A program made the translations under genes and the position numbers. DNA of 64,000 nt from Eledone cirrhosa. Taxonomy: Eukaryota. Positions within the stretch are counted from its first letter, which is position 1, and each line of letters begins with the position of its first letter. The notes beneath the pieces are model-generated. The model was not told the DNA's origin and did not search any database. It worked only from the letters and a program-made list of their open reading frames with translations. Where the stretch lies: assembly GCA_964016885.1 (NCBI GenBank), contig OZ024755.1:20894001-20958000 (forward strand), written 5' to 3'. Of this stretch, positions 13,901 through 26,176 are shown piece by piece.

Positions 13901-16900
13901 TAAAATTATATGCCTCAAGGCATTAATCAAAGATCCTGTAACTCCCTAAAGTGGAATATATTAACTAACTGGAAATATATATTTTATAAATTTCAAAACA
14001 AAAGCAATATTTCATACCTCGTTTTGTTTGGTCATAAACCCTTCATCATAAATCTGACCTCCCTGTTCAGCATAGAAGTTGGTAGAATCTAATAAGACAC
14101 CACACTCAACAGATCCAGTTACTTTTTGAACAAATTCTTTACCAACACGTAAAGCCACAATGGTTCCAGTGTTTGTGTCAAATACTGAAATAGAAATAAA
14201 CAATATATTTAAAATAGTTGAGATGGGAAATTTATATATCAAGTTTAGATTTAATATGCCTAAATACAAGGTTTCTGTGTGTATCCAGTTTAGAATGAGA
14301 AAACTGTATCCATGCATGTTGTAAGTTGCAATTAAAAGGTTTGGTGCCAGGAAGGGAATCTGGCTGTAAAACATTGCTTTAACTCTTTAGCATTTACATT
14401 ATATTTACACTTTATTTCACATAATCTATGAGATGTTGATATTATTTAGTTTGAGAACAATACCGTAACATAATAAATGTGATTTAAGATATAATGAAAA
14501 TATTCTTGACAGTTACCATAGTTTCCATTTTCATCAGCAGTATATTTATATTTTGGTGAATCGTCTGTGAGAGGAACACCTTTTGTTTTAAGTTCATTCA
14601 AAGCATGAACATCAAGACTGACCATTTGTGTGGCAGTTCCACCACCTCCTTGAGAAGCAAGCTATACAAATAGAAACCCAAAACATAAGATTATATCAGA
14701 TCTATCAAAAGTAATGAATCAAAAGTAATAAAGATAATTTGAGAACCTATGGCATCAGTTTTCATTACAGCAACTCCTTAACCATTTAGCATTTACATTA
14801 CTCTATATATATTTACTATTGTATTTTCACAATGATATATCTCTACTAGTAAAGATAATATGAATAGTATAAACATTTGCATTAACAAACCAGTGTTCAG
14901 ATATTTTTTACTAAATCATTACAGGATGTTAAGAGGTAGAAAAAAAACCAACATATTTTTTTAAATACAATTCTTTAAGTTGTTTATAACATCAGAATAT
15001 AACTAAAATGTTGCAACTAACCAGAGAAGCTTTGCGGGATTCTTCATAAGAATCCATGTCAACTGCCAAACTATGTTCATCAACAATTAGTTGAGTCAAG
15101 TCAATTGGAAAGCCATAAGTATCATACAACCGCCATGCAATATCACCTAAAACAGAAAACATGAAATTATTATATCATCATCATCATCATCACCGTGTAA
15201 CGTCCATATTTCCACACTAGCATGGGTTATAATACTTTCCAAATATGATTTTCTTGTCCCAACAGATCCTATATATAATGTTGAGCTTAAAATACTTAGT
15301 TTTTCTCTAAGAATTAAAGTGTCACCTTCAGAAAACTCATCATCATCATCATCATCATCACCATTGTTTAATGTCCATTTTTTCCATGCTAGCACATTGA
15401 AAGAGATATCATCATCATCATCATTTTACATTCCCTTTTCATGCTGGTATGGGTTGGACCAGTTTTCACGATCCAAGAATCTTTGAGTCGAAGAGATCTC
15501 ATCTTACTCATCCATTCCATGGCTAGATGTCCTTATTGTGTACTGGATGCATTTTTTGTTTGTGGCACCAGCATTAGTACTTTATAGAGTGTACTAGTAG
15601 CATTTCATCAAGGCATCAGCACCCGGTGCATTTTATTGTGGCACTAGAGAGGCTGTCAATGATATAAAAGTCCAATATTGAAAATGTAATGAACATAAAA
15701 TTATTACACTACCTGGAAGAAATTTCTCTCCATCTAATTTAGCAATGGTTCTTTGTAGAAGTCTCTGCCCACGGGAAAGTGTCTTGAGGAACTGACTCTC
15801 TTCTTCATTAATAATATCTTTTACCTAGAAAAAAAAACATTTAAAATCAAGCTTAATTACATTAGTATTCATCTGATGATGATGAAGATAATGGCGATGG
15901 TAATGATATTGATTTTATGAGCAAAATGATTCAATGGAAAACAACCAACGTCAAAAATATAAAAATTAGTTCCAATTGTTGCTGAGATCCTTCTGAAGTA
16001 GTTTTAAGTTAAGACAAATATAATTTACTTGAAATCTAAGTAAACTATTATGAAAAAATATTTCAAGTTTTAGCTCCTAAATAAATAGTGTTTAAGATAA
16101 TGAAAACCAATATATATATATATATAACCATCATCATGACTGTTAAATGCCCATTTTTCCACGCTAGCATAGGTTACACAAGTTGTCTCATTATGAGACA
16201 AGCCAAGTCAGATGACCATGTCTTGCTCATACAGAACTGATTTTGGCTTGGTATCTACAGCTGGATACCCTTCCTAACACCAACCACATTTACAGTGTGT
16301 ACTGGGTGCTTTTTGTCATGACACCTACACGATATATATATATTTATACAAATAATATATATACCATTTAGTTATACAACAAAGTAAAATAAATTTAACA
16401 AATGACGTACTATAAAATAGGAATATTTTACTCCTTTATAATTCCTCTCCTCTTTCTTACATATATATATACACACACCAACTCCTCTCCAAAAAGACAT
16501 CAGATCACTAACATTAATCTCTCTCTCATACACACATTTTTACCATCCCTTTTTCCAGTGTGACAGACTTTTTACACTACAGAAACACCAACATTAATAT
16601 AATAGATATTTTAATTGCAAGGAACTTACCATTTGTGGATCTTTAGCAACTTCAGGGAAAGTTGATTTCTGTGAATTAAATAAAAAGAGACAAACACTAT
16701 AAAAATATATGTTTATAAGAGTAATTTCTTTGCTAAAAGTTCCAACTTATGTAAAATTGTAAGCAATCGTAAAAGAAGCAAGAAATGAAAGGTTTCTTAC
16801 TAAAATAAAATGCCACATATTTGATATGCATGTTCATCACAAGAGATTACACGAAAAGATTTTTCTTCTACCAGATTGAAAAAACCCACAGATTTTATTT

Positions 16901-19900
16901 ATTGATTTGATTTGAAATAGGGGCTATGCCCATAGCTTTTACAATCTCTGTGACCAATGAGAAGGAATTGTGAGAAATGAATAGAGAAAATGTATGAATT
17001 TCTTTTGAAAAAAACAAATCCTTACGAATTTTACTGGTAATTAAAATTTTATTATCGACTCTATGCCAAATTAAAACTCAACATTGTGATGCACAATTTG
17101 GAAGTTAAACCAGTCCTGTGGGTTCAATTCCTGGACTGCGTTGTGTGTTGTGTTCTTAAGCAAAACACTTCATTTCATGTTGCTTCAGTATACTCAGCTA
17201 AAAATGAGTACCAGTAGCAATAGCTGAGAGGGGGGGGGGTTAACCCTGTGATGGACTAGCATCCAGTCCGGGGTTAAGTCTTGTACTCTCAGTTGCTTAA
17301 TGCCATAAAAACCAGGATAAGCACCGACCTGATGGACCTCCAGGTTCGAGACAAATTTTAAAATTAGATAGGAGAGTAGGTCTCCAATAGATCTGGCTTT
17401 ATGAAAGCCATACTTGTTGTCATTAAGAGGGAGAGAAATTGAAGCTACTGAGGAAAATTGCTGTAATGGTTGTTTGATTGTTTGAAATATTCAAAGTCAG
17501 TGTAATGTATCTAGGTTGGATTAGGTTGCATGAATCTAAGAGTAGAAGAGTGAAAATTGTCCATTAGGTTTGGTTTTAATTTTTTGGCATTTATGGAAGA
17601 GTAGTGGGTGCTAGTACACCTTGAAACTCAAATAGGACATCAAAAACATTAGTGGGATAAAAAACAAAAGACCAGTCCTGGATGAGACCTGGTCTTGTAT
17701 CCTAATGACATTCATTACAATTAATAAATAATATTGATAAACTGTATAATTATGGCATTACCAGAATGGAAACAACAGTATCAACTAGAGATGCAAAGAA
17801 TCCTGGTTTCGCTTTGAGTTTTTCTGTAGCATAACGGACTGCACGTCTTAGAATTCGACGCAAAACATAACTGAAATAGAAATATAGATCAGGATTAACA
17901 TTTCTGATACCAAATTGTCTGGAACTGATTATTTCTACAATATAAAGCTGTGTTTATATTTATCTAAAAATTTTCCATCATAATTTTATGTACATACGCT
18001 TATGTTCCAAACATCAACTGAACCCTTTAGCATTTAAACCAGCCATATCTGGAAGAGCAAGGCCTGGGCGGCGTGCCACAGCTTGAGATCGGTGTGGAAG
18101 TCGGACCTTCGTAGAGACCTGAAAATCCGCCTCTTCATTGCTGTAGTGGAGTCTGTGCTGCTGTATGGGTCTGAGACTTGGACACTGACCAAGAAACTCA
18201 CTCAGATGGTGGATGGGTGCTACACGAGAATGCTGAGGATGGCTCTGAACATTAATCAGTATTCACTGAGGATGAAAAACTCAGAGCTGTATGGGAGCCT
18301 CCCAACAGTCAGCTCAAAAGTGACACAGAGGAGATTGCGGTTAGCTGGACATGCTCACCAACATCCAGAGTTGACATTGCACTCAGTGCTCCTTTGGGAG
18401 CCCCTACATGGACACACTAGAAGAGGAAGACCAAGGTTAACGTATGTTGATGCCCTAAGGACAGACACTGGTCTGTTGATGCCCTAAGGACAGACGCAGG
18501 ACATGGCAGCGATAATGAGGGACAGAGACCGCTGGAGAGAACTCGTCCATGGATCTCGGGAATTTTACCCGCCTTAGAATAGAAAAAAATATCTGACCAC
18601 AATTCTTTCACCCCTTTCTGTTTGAACCAGTCATAACCACTCCTCCCAACGTTAAGGTATTGTTTATGAAATTTATACAAAGATACACACACACATATAT
18701 TGTTATATTTGGGGATGGTCATGTTGCCAATATTGCCAATAAAAATAAACACATGCACTATATAGTCTTAAACGTCTACACCCGATGGAGTAGAAGTTTA
18801 AAACTAGAAAGAAGAGGAAGCACAAAACAGTCATTGAGGAGGTCACAAAATGTGTGACGAAACAAATGAATAACAAGCAATAAAGATAAAGTGAAAATTA
18901 TATGGTGCGTGTGTTGTTTCTTATTGTCAATATTGATAACATGACCACCCCCAAATATATCAATATCAGTTTTAACACATGATTTCATATCAAGAATCTT
19001 GAAGAACAAATACATAAATGTATATATTATATATATATAGTGCAGAGAAATAAACTTACCCCCGACCAGTGCTGTCTGGTCGTCCTCCATCAGACAAAGC
19101 AATTGTCAATGTTCGGGCATGATCTGCAAGTACTCTGTAGGCCATATCAATACCATCCACATCATCAGCACCAACTTTGCCAGTGTATTCAGGGCAATTG
19201 GTCCCCTAGACAACAATATAAATAGCAAACTGTATATAGGGCAATTAGTTCTCTAAACACAACATACCGCAACAATAATAATCACAAACAAAACTGTTTC
19301 TTTTAACCCTTTAGCATTTACATTACTCTATATTTACTATTATATTTTCACGGTAAAGACTTTATCTCATAATTATCTCACATAATATCGAATCTATGAG
19401 ATATTTATATTATTTATTTTGAGAATATGTTAACATAAGTATGAGCAGCCAGTTATGGCCGGTTTGAACAGAAAGAGGTGAGAGAATTCTAACCGGATAC
19501 GGCCAGTTTAAATGCTAAAGGGTTAAAGTGCTTACATTTATCTAAAAATATTTTGCCATAATTTGATATTAGAACCTTTAACTTAAGCTTTAAACACTAA
19601 CTTAATAATTATTTCTACATTTGGCACAAGGCCAGCAATTTACTAGCACTTTATTTTAGTAACACACTGGGGTTGATTTAATCAACTTTCCCCATCCCTT
19701 CATATTGCTGGCCTTGTACCAAAAGTAGAAACAATAATTAATAATGAGAAAGTTAGTTATATTACTAAACCCCTCCAAATTCTGGATCATGTTTTAAAAT
19801 AAACTGAAAATCATAGTATTGTACATGCACTTTTTGATGAGTTGTGGTGCATCTGGGCACTGTACACAATATTTCATTATTATTATTATTATTATTATAT

Positions 19901-22900
19901 CATGACTCATACACTGTTCATTTTCCTGACATTTGTAAATTATTCTATGTACTATACATGCACCTTTGATGAGTTGTAGTGCACCTGAGCACTGTACACA
20001 ATCATTTCATTATTATTATTATTATTATTATATCTTTCATTAGAAATATGGTAATAAATGATGATGATGGTAATGAAACATGACAGCAAATATTTATCAT
20101 GGCATACCTTTTGAATTGCTTCAAAAATAGGTGTAAACACATCTGTATCATAATTGGACATTTTCTGCTGTAATACAGACACCAGTCTCTCAAAACCCAT
20201 ACCGCAGTCAATATGTTTTTTGGGCAAGTTTGATAACGAACCATCAGCTTCTCTAAATAATGAAAAAAAAAAAATCATGTTAATAACATCAAAGGAAAAG
20301 GAGACAAAAAATAATAAAATAAAATAAAATAAAGTAGATTCAAATTTAATTTTATTAATGCCTTTGATACCAAACTATTAAGGGCAAAGCATATGATCAT
20401 TATCAAGGCCGCTGATGCTTTATGACCCTTATCAAGGAGAGAAGAGCAATGCTTATGACCCTCATTAGGGCCTCTGATGCTCATAACCCTTGTCAGACCT
20501 ACTGAGACTGGGCCAGAAAAAAGTATCCTCAAGCTGGAGACATGACTTGAATGCTTGCAAGAGTGGACTCTTGCTAAAGACATCTATGGCCAGGTGATCA
20601 TGTTAAACTGGGCAATGGAGAGAGAAAAGAAAAAAGAAAGAGAGAATGGTACCTGTTGAACTGTATGAAGACCAAGTTCCAAATTTCAAGAACATTAGGA
20701 TCGTCCATATTTACAAAGGCACTAGCATCTCGTCCACCGATTCTATCAAAATGAATCTCAGAACAGGGCCCACATGGACCTGTTTCTCCCATTTCCCAGA
20801 AATTATCCTTAGCATCAAATGGAAGGATATGACTCTCTGGAAGGCTGAAAAATAGAGAAAAATAGAGAAAAATAAAAACAAAGAAAGATTTATTGACAAT
20901 TTATTTCATAATCAATTTAATTAGGAATTGGGAAAGGCAACTACCGTATATACCCGGATATAAGCTGACCCCTCCCTCCCACCCTATTTTATGCCTGAGA
21001 AATAGGCAAAAATCCAAACCCCATTTATAAACCGAGGCAGCTAATCAACATATTGTTTAGATGGCATGTATAAGCCAACCTCCATTTTACCATCATTCTT
21101 TGGTCACATATTCCTCAGTTTATATTCAAGTATATATGGTAGCTAGCAGAGTTGTTAAAGCACTGGATTCATTATTTTGTAGTATGTGTTCCAATTTTCT
21201 TGATTCTGAATTCAAATCTTGTCACGGCCAACGTTTATTTTTTTATCAGCATGGGTGTGTCTTCAGCATTTAAAACCTGGTGGAGACCATCCCTTTGCAG
21301 GTCAGAACACAGCCATTTTCTTTGTATGTATGTTTATGTGTTCAGTGGTTCAACAAAAGAGAGATTTATAAACTAACTCCCAGGGTGAATATGATTAGCT
21401 AGATCAAGAGTGCCCCAGCATGGTCACAATCTAATGCCTGAACCAATAAAAGAATAAGAGTAAAAAGAATATATATCATCATTGCCTTTTAACGTCCATT
21501 TTTCCATGCTAGCATGGGTTAGACGGGTTGTCCCATTTGAGGCAAGTTGGGTCAGGTGACTGTGTATTGCTCACACAGAACTGTTTCTGGCTTGGTTTCT
21601 ACAGCTGGATGTCCCTCCTAACGTCATCATCATCATCATCAACATCGTTTAATATCTATTTTCCACACTAGCATGGGTTAATATATATATATATATATAC
21701 ATATATTGTCATGTTAATGTCTGCTTTCCCTGTGAGCAAGAGTTATATATATATATAAATATATAAATAGCACTTACCCAAGATTAAGCCAAATTTGTTT
21801 GCATTCCTCATCTGGCTCCAAATTAGTAGCAGGATTTCCACCGAAGTAGGTCACATACAAACGATCCTTCTCCAAACCTAACCTTTCAACAAGGTATTCC
21901 CAGGCCCAAGAACATACCTCTTTCTGAAATGGAAAATTTCAATCAGCTTACATTGATAGATACATTAAGAAAGATACACGCACATAGTTACATTGATAGA
22001 TACATTAACACACACACACACTCAAGCAGAAAATCCCCGCAGATAGCGATATTTCTGCTAGTGTATAACAATAAAATACAGACCAAAACAAATATAGAAG
22101 AGAAAATACTGACCTTATAATAGTCACCAAATGACCAATTTCCCAACATTTCAAAGAAAGTATGATGGTAGACATCTTTTCCTACATCTTCCAAATCATT
22201 ATGTTTACCTCCAGCACGAATACATTTCTGTGTGTTAGCTGTTCTCACCCATTTCGACATGTCACTACTAGGATCAACAGTTCCTAAGAAAATTGGTTTA
22301 TACTGAAACAGAAATATTTAGTATCACAAAAACTATTAACACAATTTTAAGATTTATCATTTAATGTTTGTTTATCCATGCTGGCATGAGCTGGACATCA
22401 TTATCATCATCAAACATCCATTTTGTTTTTCTCATGCTGAACAATTATTATTTAAAGTTCTTTTACAAGATAAGATATTATTATTGGCAGTTTCAAATCT
22501 TATATTGTCAGTGTTTTTAATTTTAGTATGTGAAATCTGTAGCTTTAAAAAAGTTTTTTAAATTATGGTCTATATTGCCTCAAGGAAATCTTGTCAAATT
22601 GACACTAACAAAGAAAAGCAGACTTAAAAACAATTATTTATATTTGTTTCTATCAACATATATGAAGGTGCGTGGCTTTAACCTTTTAGCATTTAAACCA
22701 GCCATATTTGGCTAGAATTCTCTCACCTCTTTCTGTTCAAACCAACCATAACTGGCCACTCAGTGATGTCAAGATATTGTTCTCAAAATAAATAACATCA
22801 AAATCTCGTAGATTCGATATTACAAGAGATAATTATGTAAGGTAAAGCCTTTACCACAAAAATATTGATTTATTGTGAGGTAAAACCTTTACCATGAAAA

Positions 22901-24918
22901 TATAACAGTATATATAGAGTAATGTAAATGCTAAAGGGTTAAAGTATTCATAATTTCATTATTATTAATATATCTAAATTTAAACTTTCCATTATAAATT
23001 TATCTAAGAACTATTTCCCGAGTCATGTTCTAAGCACCATGGCTGGATTTCTAATGAAATACACTCTATTTTAATTAATTAATTAATGAAGAATTTTGAC
23101 AGATTTATTAAAATTACTAATTATTTCATTACTAAGATAGTTACCTAACATATAGTTCTTATAAAAATTATATTGTAAGACTTCAATTCAATTAGAAACC
23201 CTTTAAATTATGTAGTTATGTTTCATAGAACCAAAGCCAGTTTTGATTGGGTTGATTATAAAGGATTAATAATGAGAAATGCTTCATTATTTACAAAAAA
23301 TAATTGAAAATTATATGCAGCATATTTCATTAGAAATATGGTAAGAGAGTTAATTCTGTTGTTTGCTTCTTAACATTGATATCCAGATCTTTTATTCATG
23401 TAATATTTTACAGCACTCACGCCATCATATCTGGGTCATAAAATGTTATTAACCAGTGACACTATTGTTGCTATACTATATTTATAGAAATAGTCATAGA
23501 TGTAATCAATCTTTTACATTCAGTCGTTTTATCCAACTAAAATGTCAGACTGTTACACTGAACCTGTTGCCACCTTAAATAGATTTAATCACATGCAAAT
23601 GAAGAAAATCAAATGAAATTTACAGTTCACACCTTTACAGATTGCGATGTTATACCTCATAGGAGGGCTTTTGGGTGTTTTAATAATAGAGCTCAGGCTT
23701 ATCATATTGTTACAGCTCACACCTATGTAGGTTAGGCTGGCCTCATACAAGATTATATCTCATAGGAGGTCTCTAAGGTGTTTTAATGATAAGGAGCCCA
23801 GCCCTAACATGTCGTTACAGCTCACATCTCTGCATGTTTAGCTAGCCTTATATAAAGATGAATCTATTATGAAAAGCAATGTGAAATGAAGTATCTTGCT
23901 GAAGTACAACATGTGTGTTGCTTGATCTAGCAACCGAACCCACAACTTTATGACCATGAGTTCCACATCCTAACCACGAGGTCAGACACCTCCACGATCA
24001 CATGCAAGCACACAAAACACAAGAAACCAATAATTGTTTCTACTTTAGGCACAAGGCCAGCAATTACCCAGTACATTACAGGTACTTTATTTTATCGACC
24101 CCGTAAGGATGAAAGGCAAAGTTAACCTCGGCGGGATTTGAACTCAGACTGTAAAGGGACGTAACTATGCTAGAAAGCATGGCATCCAACCCTCTACCGA
24201 TACTGCCAATTCACCGCCCTTACAGAAACCAATAATATAATAAATAATGACACGAGAGATTCCATCAGTCAGAGGGATCACCACTATAGTTTTATAGAAT
24301 AAATATAATAATAATGACACGAACGATTCCATTAGATATAGGAGTCACATCATAAAGGATCAACACTATAGCTTTATAGAATAAATATATCAGAAAAGTT
24401 GTGATGTTAATCTGAGAATGTTGACTTACTTCAATGAGATGGTAGTAGATTAAAAAGAAATACAAATATGTTAAACTGCATCGAACTTCTGCTATAACTG
24501 GTGGTTTATTTCTTCTTCTTCTTCACCCACTTATTCCTGAGAGGGGGTGTGGGGGCAGAGTCCTCAAACACACCTTCCAGTGGGTCCTGTCAGAAGCAAC
24601 CGTCTCCAACTGATCCAGCTGGATCCCCAAGCGAGACCAGCCAAGCTCATGGATGTTATCCAACCATCTTGCTTGGGGTCTACACCTGGGTCTCCTGCTG
24701 GTTGGTTTTGCCCATAAAATCTGTCCAGTGATTCTTCCCCCCCCCCCCGAGACATTTTAACCACAGGCCTATAGTATCAGAGCTGTGATCTCTCAATTCA
24801 GAGAAGTAGCAGCTCTTTATTATAAATTATATATATATATATACACAACAAACATTTGAAGCCATTTTCCCTGCTAAATATTTAATACCCCTAAATCACA
24901 TGTGGTTCTTTCTTCATT

Positions 24919-24968
<50 letters not shown>

Positions 24969-25533
24969 ACAACAAACATTTGAAGCCATTTTCCCTGCTA
25001 AATATTTAACTGTTTCTACTTTTGGCACAAGGCCAGCAATTATCCAGTACATTACTGGTACTTTATTTTTATTGACCCCGTAAGGATGAAAGGCAAAGTT
25101 AACCTCGGCGGGATTTGAACACAGACCGTAAAGGGACGTAACTATGCTGGAAAGCATGGCGTCCGACTCTCTACTGATACTGCCAATCCACCATTTTCCC
25201 TGCTAAATATTTAATACCACTAAGTTAAACACACTTGGTTCAGCCTAGCATTTGTTATAAATTATATTATAGACACTACAACACATTTAAGGCCATTTTC
25301 GCTGCTAAATATTTAACACCACTAAATTATACAGACTTTGTTCTTTTTTTGTTATAAGTTACACTATATACAACAATAGTTATACATACCTGGTTCATCC
25401 CAGCATTAGCAAACAACAGTGTTGGATCATCATGGGGAATAACACATGAAGAATGGACATACAAATGATCTTTCTCCTTGAAGAAATCAAGAAAACTGTT
25501 TCTCACTTCACTGCTTGTTAAATTAGTCTTCAT
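6110..25533 (-). CDS. AARS1: Cytoplasmic alanyl-tRNA synthetase, complete CDS, 22 coding exons, 957 aa
   Basis: Hand-spliced exons, all GT-AG with consistent phases, sum to 2874 nt. Motifs: [65 protein letters not shown], editing-site NHTGTH and EFCGGTH, C-Ala GKGGGK. Start context is CCACCATG. Confidence 0.97.
6340..6800. repeat. Intronic minisatellite, ~29-bp unit (TCACTAACYCCTTAACTRTCACAACTA)
   Basis: Direct tandem units that decay rightwards. Confidence 0.85.
6905..7012 (-). CDS. AARS1: AlaRS coding exon 21
   Basis: [36 protein letters not shown]; 108 nt. Confidence 0.92.
7233..7440 (-). mobile_element. (ATG)n-tailed SINE/RTE-tail family (further copies about 8630, 15175, 15340, 16127, 21476, 25590, 48294)
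   Basis: (CAT)n-TTAACGTCC..CCAYGCTWGCATGGGTT..TTCTACAGCTGGATGCCCTTCCTAACRCCAACCAC recurs. Confidence 0.7.
7527..7613 (-). CDS. AARS1: AlaRS coding exon 20
   Basis: [29 protein letters not shown]; 87 nt. Confidence 0.9.
8470..8589 (-). CDS. AARS1: AlaRS coding exon 19
   Basis: [31 protein letters not shown]; 120 nt. Confidence 0.9.
8905..9245 (+). mobile_element. Decayed RTE LINE 3' end
   Basis: [11 protein letters not shown]-like segment, then tail CATGGAAAAGCTGACATAAAA..(ATG)n. Confidence 0.6.
9270..9383 (-). CDS. AARS1: AlaRS coding exon 18
   Basis: [22 protein letters not shown]; 114 nt, phase 0-0. Confidence 0.9.
10279..10387 (-). CDS. AARS1: AlaRS coding exon 17
   Basis: [26 protein letters not shown]; 109 nt. 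Confidence 0.95.
10604..11179. mobile_element. piggyBac-like TTAA MITE carrying two nested Nin-type SINE insertions
   Basis: TTAA-CCCTTTAGCATTTA...TAAATGCTAAAGGG-TTAA; SINEs at about 10643-10830 and 10945-11060, each with a TSD. Confidence 0.85.
11250..11362 (-). CDS. AARS1: AlaRS coding exon 16
   Basis: [20 protein letters not shown]; 113 nt. Confidence 0.95.
11465..11605 (-). CDS. AARS1: AlaRS coding exon 15
   Basis: [20 protein letters not shown]; 141 nt. Confidence 0.95.
12502..12639 (-). CDS. AARS1: AlaRS coding exon 14
   Basis: [39 protein letters not shown]; 138 nt. Confidence 0.95.
13105..13270. repeat. 35-bp minisatellite, ~4.5 copies
   Basis: AAACATTTGTATATYGCAGTAGCCATCTTAACAGC. 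Confidence 0.9.
13585..13698 (-). CDS. AARS1: AlaRS coding exon 13
   Basis: [20 protein letters not shown]..; 114 nt. Confidence 0.95.
14018..14184 (-). CDS. AARS1: AlaRS coding exon 12
   Basis: [22 protein letters not shown]; 167 nt. Confidence 0.95.
14517..14661 (-). CDS. AARS1: AlaRS coding exon 11
   Basis: [27 protein letters not shown]; 145 nt. Confidence 0.93.
15022..15146 (-). CDS. AARS1: AlaRS coding exon 10
   Basis: [19 protein letters not shown]..; 125 nt. Confidence 0.95.
15713..15824 (-). CDS. AARS1: AlaRS coding exon 9
   Basis: [22 protein letters not shown]; 112 nt. Confidence 0.95.
16630..16668 (-). CDS. AARS1: AlaRS coding exon 8 (39-nt micro-exon)
   Basis: [13 protein letters not shown] between cacag and gtaag; supplies the conserved FPE segment. 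Confidence 0.9.
17118..17362 (+). mobile_element. Same SINE family as 1805-2050
   Basis: GGTTCAATTCC B-box; AACCCTGTGATGGACTAGCATCC; GGATAAGCACCG. Confidence 0.75.
17762..17870 (-). CDS. AARS1: AlaRS coding exon 7
   Basis: [18 protein letters not shown]; 109 nt. Confidence 0.95.
18052..18590 (+). mobile_element. 5'-truncated RTE-clade LINE (ORF2 C-terminus) inserted into a TTAA MITE
   Basis: [39 protein letters not shown]; MITE sequence on both sides with ATATCTG repeated. Confidence 0.85.
19060..19205 (-). CDS. AARS1: AlaRS coding exon 6
   Basis: [38 protein letters not shown]; 146 nt. Confidence 0.95.
19303..19526. mobile_element. piggyBac-like TTAA MITE (~220 bp)
   Basis: TTAA TSD and CCCTTTAGCATTTA TIRs. 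Confidence 0.85.
20108..20252 (-). CDS. AARS1: AlaRS coding exon 5
   Basis: [29 protein letters not shown]; 145 nt. Confidence 0.95.
20653..20844 (-). CDS. AARS1: AlaRS coding exon 4
   Basis: [39 protein letters not shown]; 192 nt. Confidence 0.95.
20942..21141. mobile_element. Tc2/pogo-like MITE
   Basis: TA-CCGTATATACCCGGATATAAGC ... GTTTATATTCAAGTATATATGG-TA imperfect TIRs. Confidence 0.65.
21778..21923 (-). CDS. AARS1: AlaRS coding exon 3
   Basis: [29 protein letters not shown]; 146 nt. Confidence 0.95.
22114..22302 (-). CDS. AARS1: AlaRS coding exon 2
   Basis: [21 protein letters not shown]; 189 nt. Confidence 0.95.
22678..22942. mobile_element. piggyBac-like TTAA MITE
   Basis: Same TIRs and body, opposite orientation to 19303. 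Confidence 0.85.
24032..24220 (-). mobile_element. Nin/Deu-type tRNA-SINE, full length
   Basis: A-box-like head, B-box GAGTTCAAATCC, core TTTGCCTTTCATCCTTACGGGGTCGATAAA..GTACC; TSD AGAAACCAATAAT. Confidence 0.85.
24508..24735 (-). mobile_element. Rex3/Expander-like RTE LINE 3' fragment (related remnant about 9760-9950)
   Basis: Translates to [37 protein letters not shown], then an (AAG)n tail. Confidence 0.75.
25010..25193 (-). mobile_element. Nin-type SINE
   Basis: Family body; flanked by duplicated CCATTTTCCCTGCTAAATATTTAA. Confidence 0.85.
25390..25533 (-). CDS. AARS1: AlaRS coding exon 1
   Basis: [31 protein letters not shown]; 144 nt; acceptor 8 nt upstream of ATG. Confidence 0.95.
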
Positions 25534-26006
25534 GGTGGAAACTGTTATGAAAACAAATTTAAAATATATATTTTAGTAAATTGCATATGCATCACCACCA
25601 CCACCACTATCATCATTTAACATCTATTTTTCAACACCTGCAAGGGTTAGACAAGTTGTCACATTATAAGAGGTCCAGAGACCACATTTTGATCATACAA
25701 ATCTGTGTTCTGGCTAGGTTTCTACAGCTGGATGCCCTTCCTAATGCCAACCATGTATGTTACAGTGTGAATACACACAAGAAATGACAGAGTATGGTTC
25801 TAACTTAGATGGTAATTGTCTAATACTGTATTTGGTAGAGACTGTATGAGCACTTACACACCAACATAATAATGGGGAACTTAGTTATATGGTTAAAGCC
25901 TTCCAAACTCTTGATTATCTTCAAAATTATTTGAAAATCCTAAGCTGTGTAATGTAGTAATGAAAGGGTTACTTCTATTAAGAAAATCTACTGAAAGAAA
26001 CTTAAT

Positions 26007-26176
26007 TTAACCCTTTAGCATATAAACCAGCCATATCTGGCCACCATTCTCTCATCTCTTTCTGTTCAAACTGGCCATAACCGGCTGTTCATATTTATGT
26101 TAAGGTATTGTTCTCAAAACCTTTACCATGAAAATATAACAGTAAATATAGAGTAATGTAAATGCTAAAGGGTTAA
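26007..26176. mobile_element. piggyBac-like TTAA MITE, internally deleted
   Basis: Both TIRs and TTAA present, central part missing. Confidence 0.8.
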
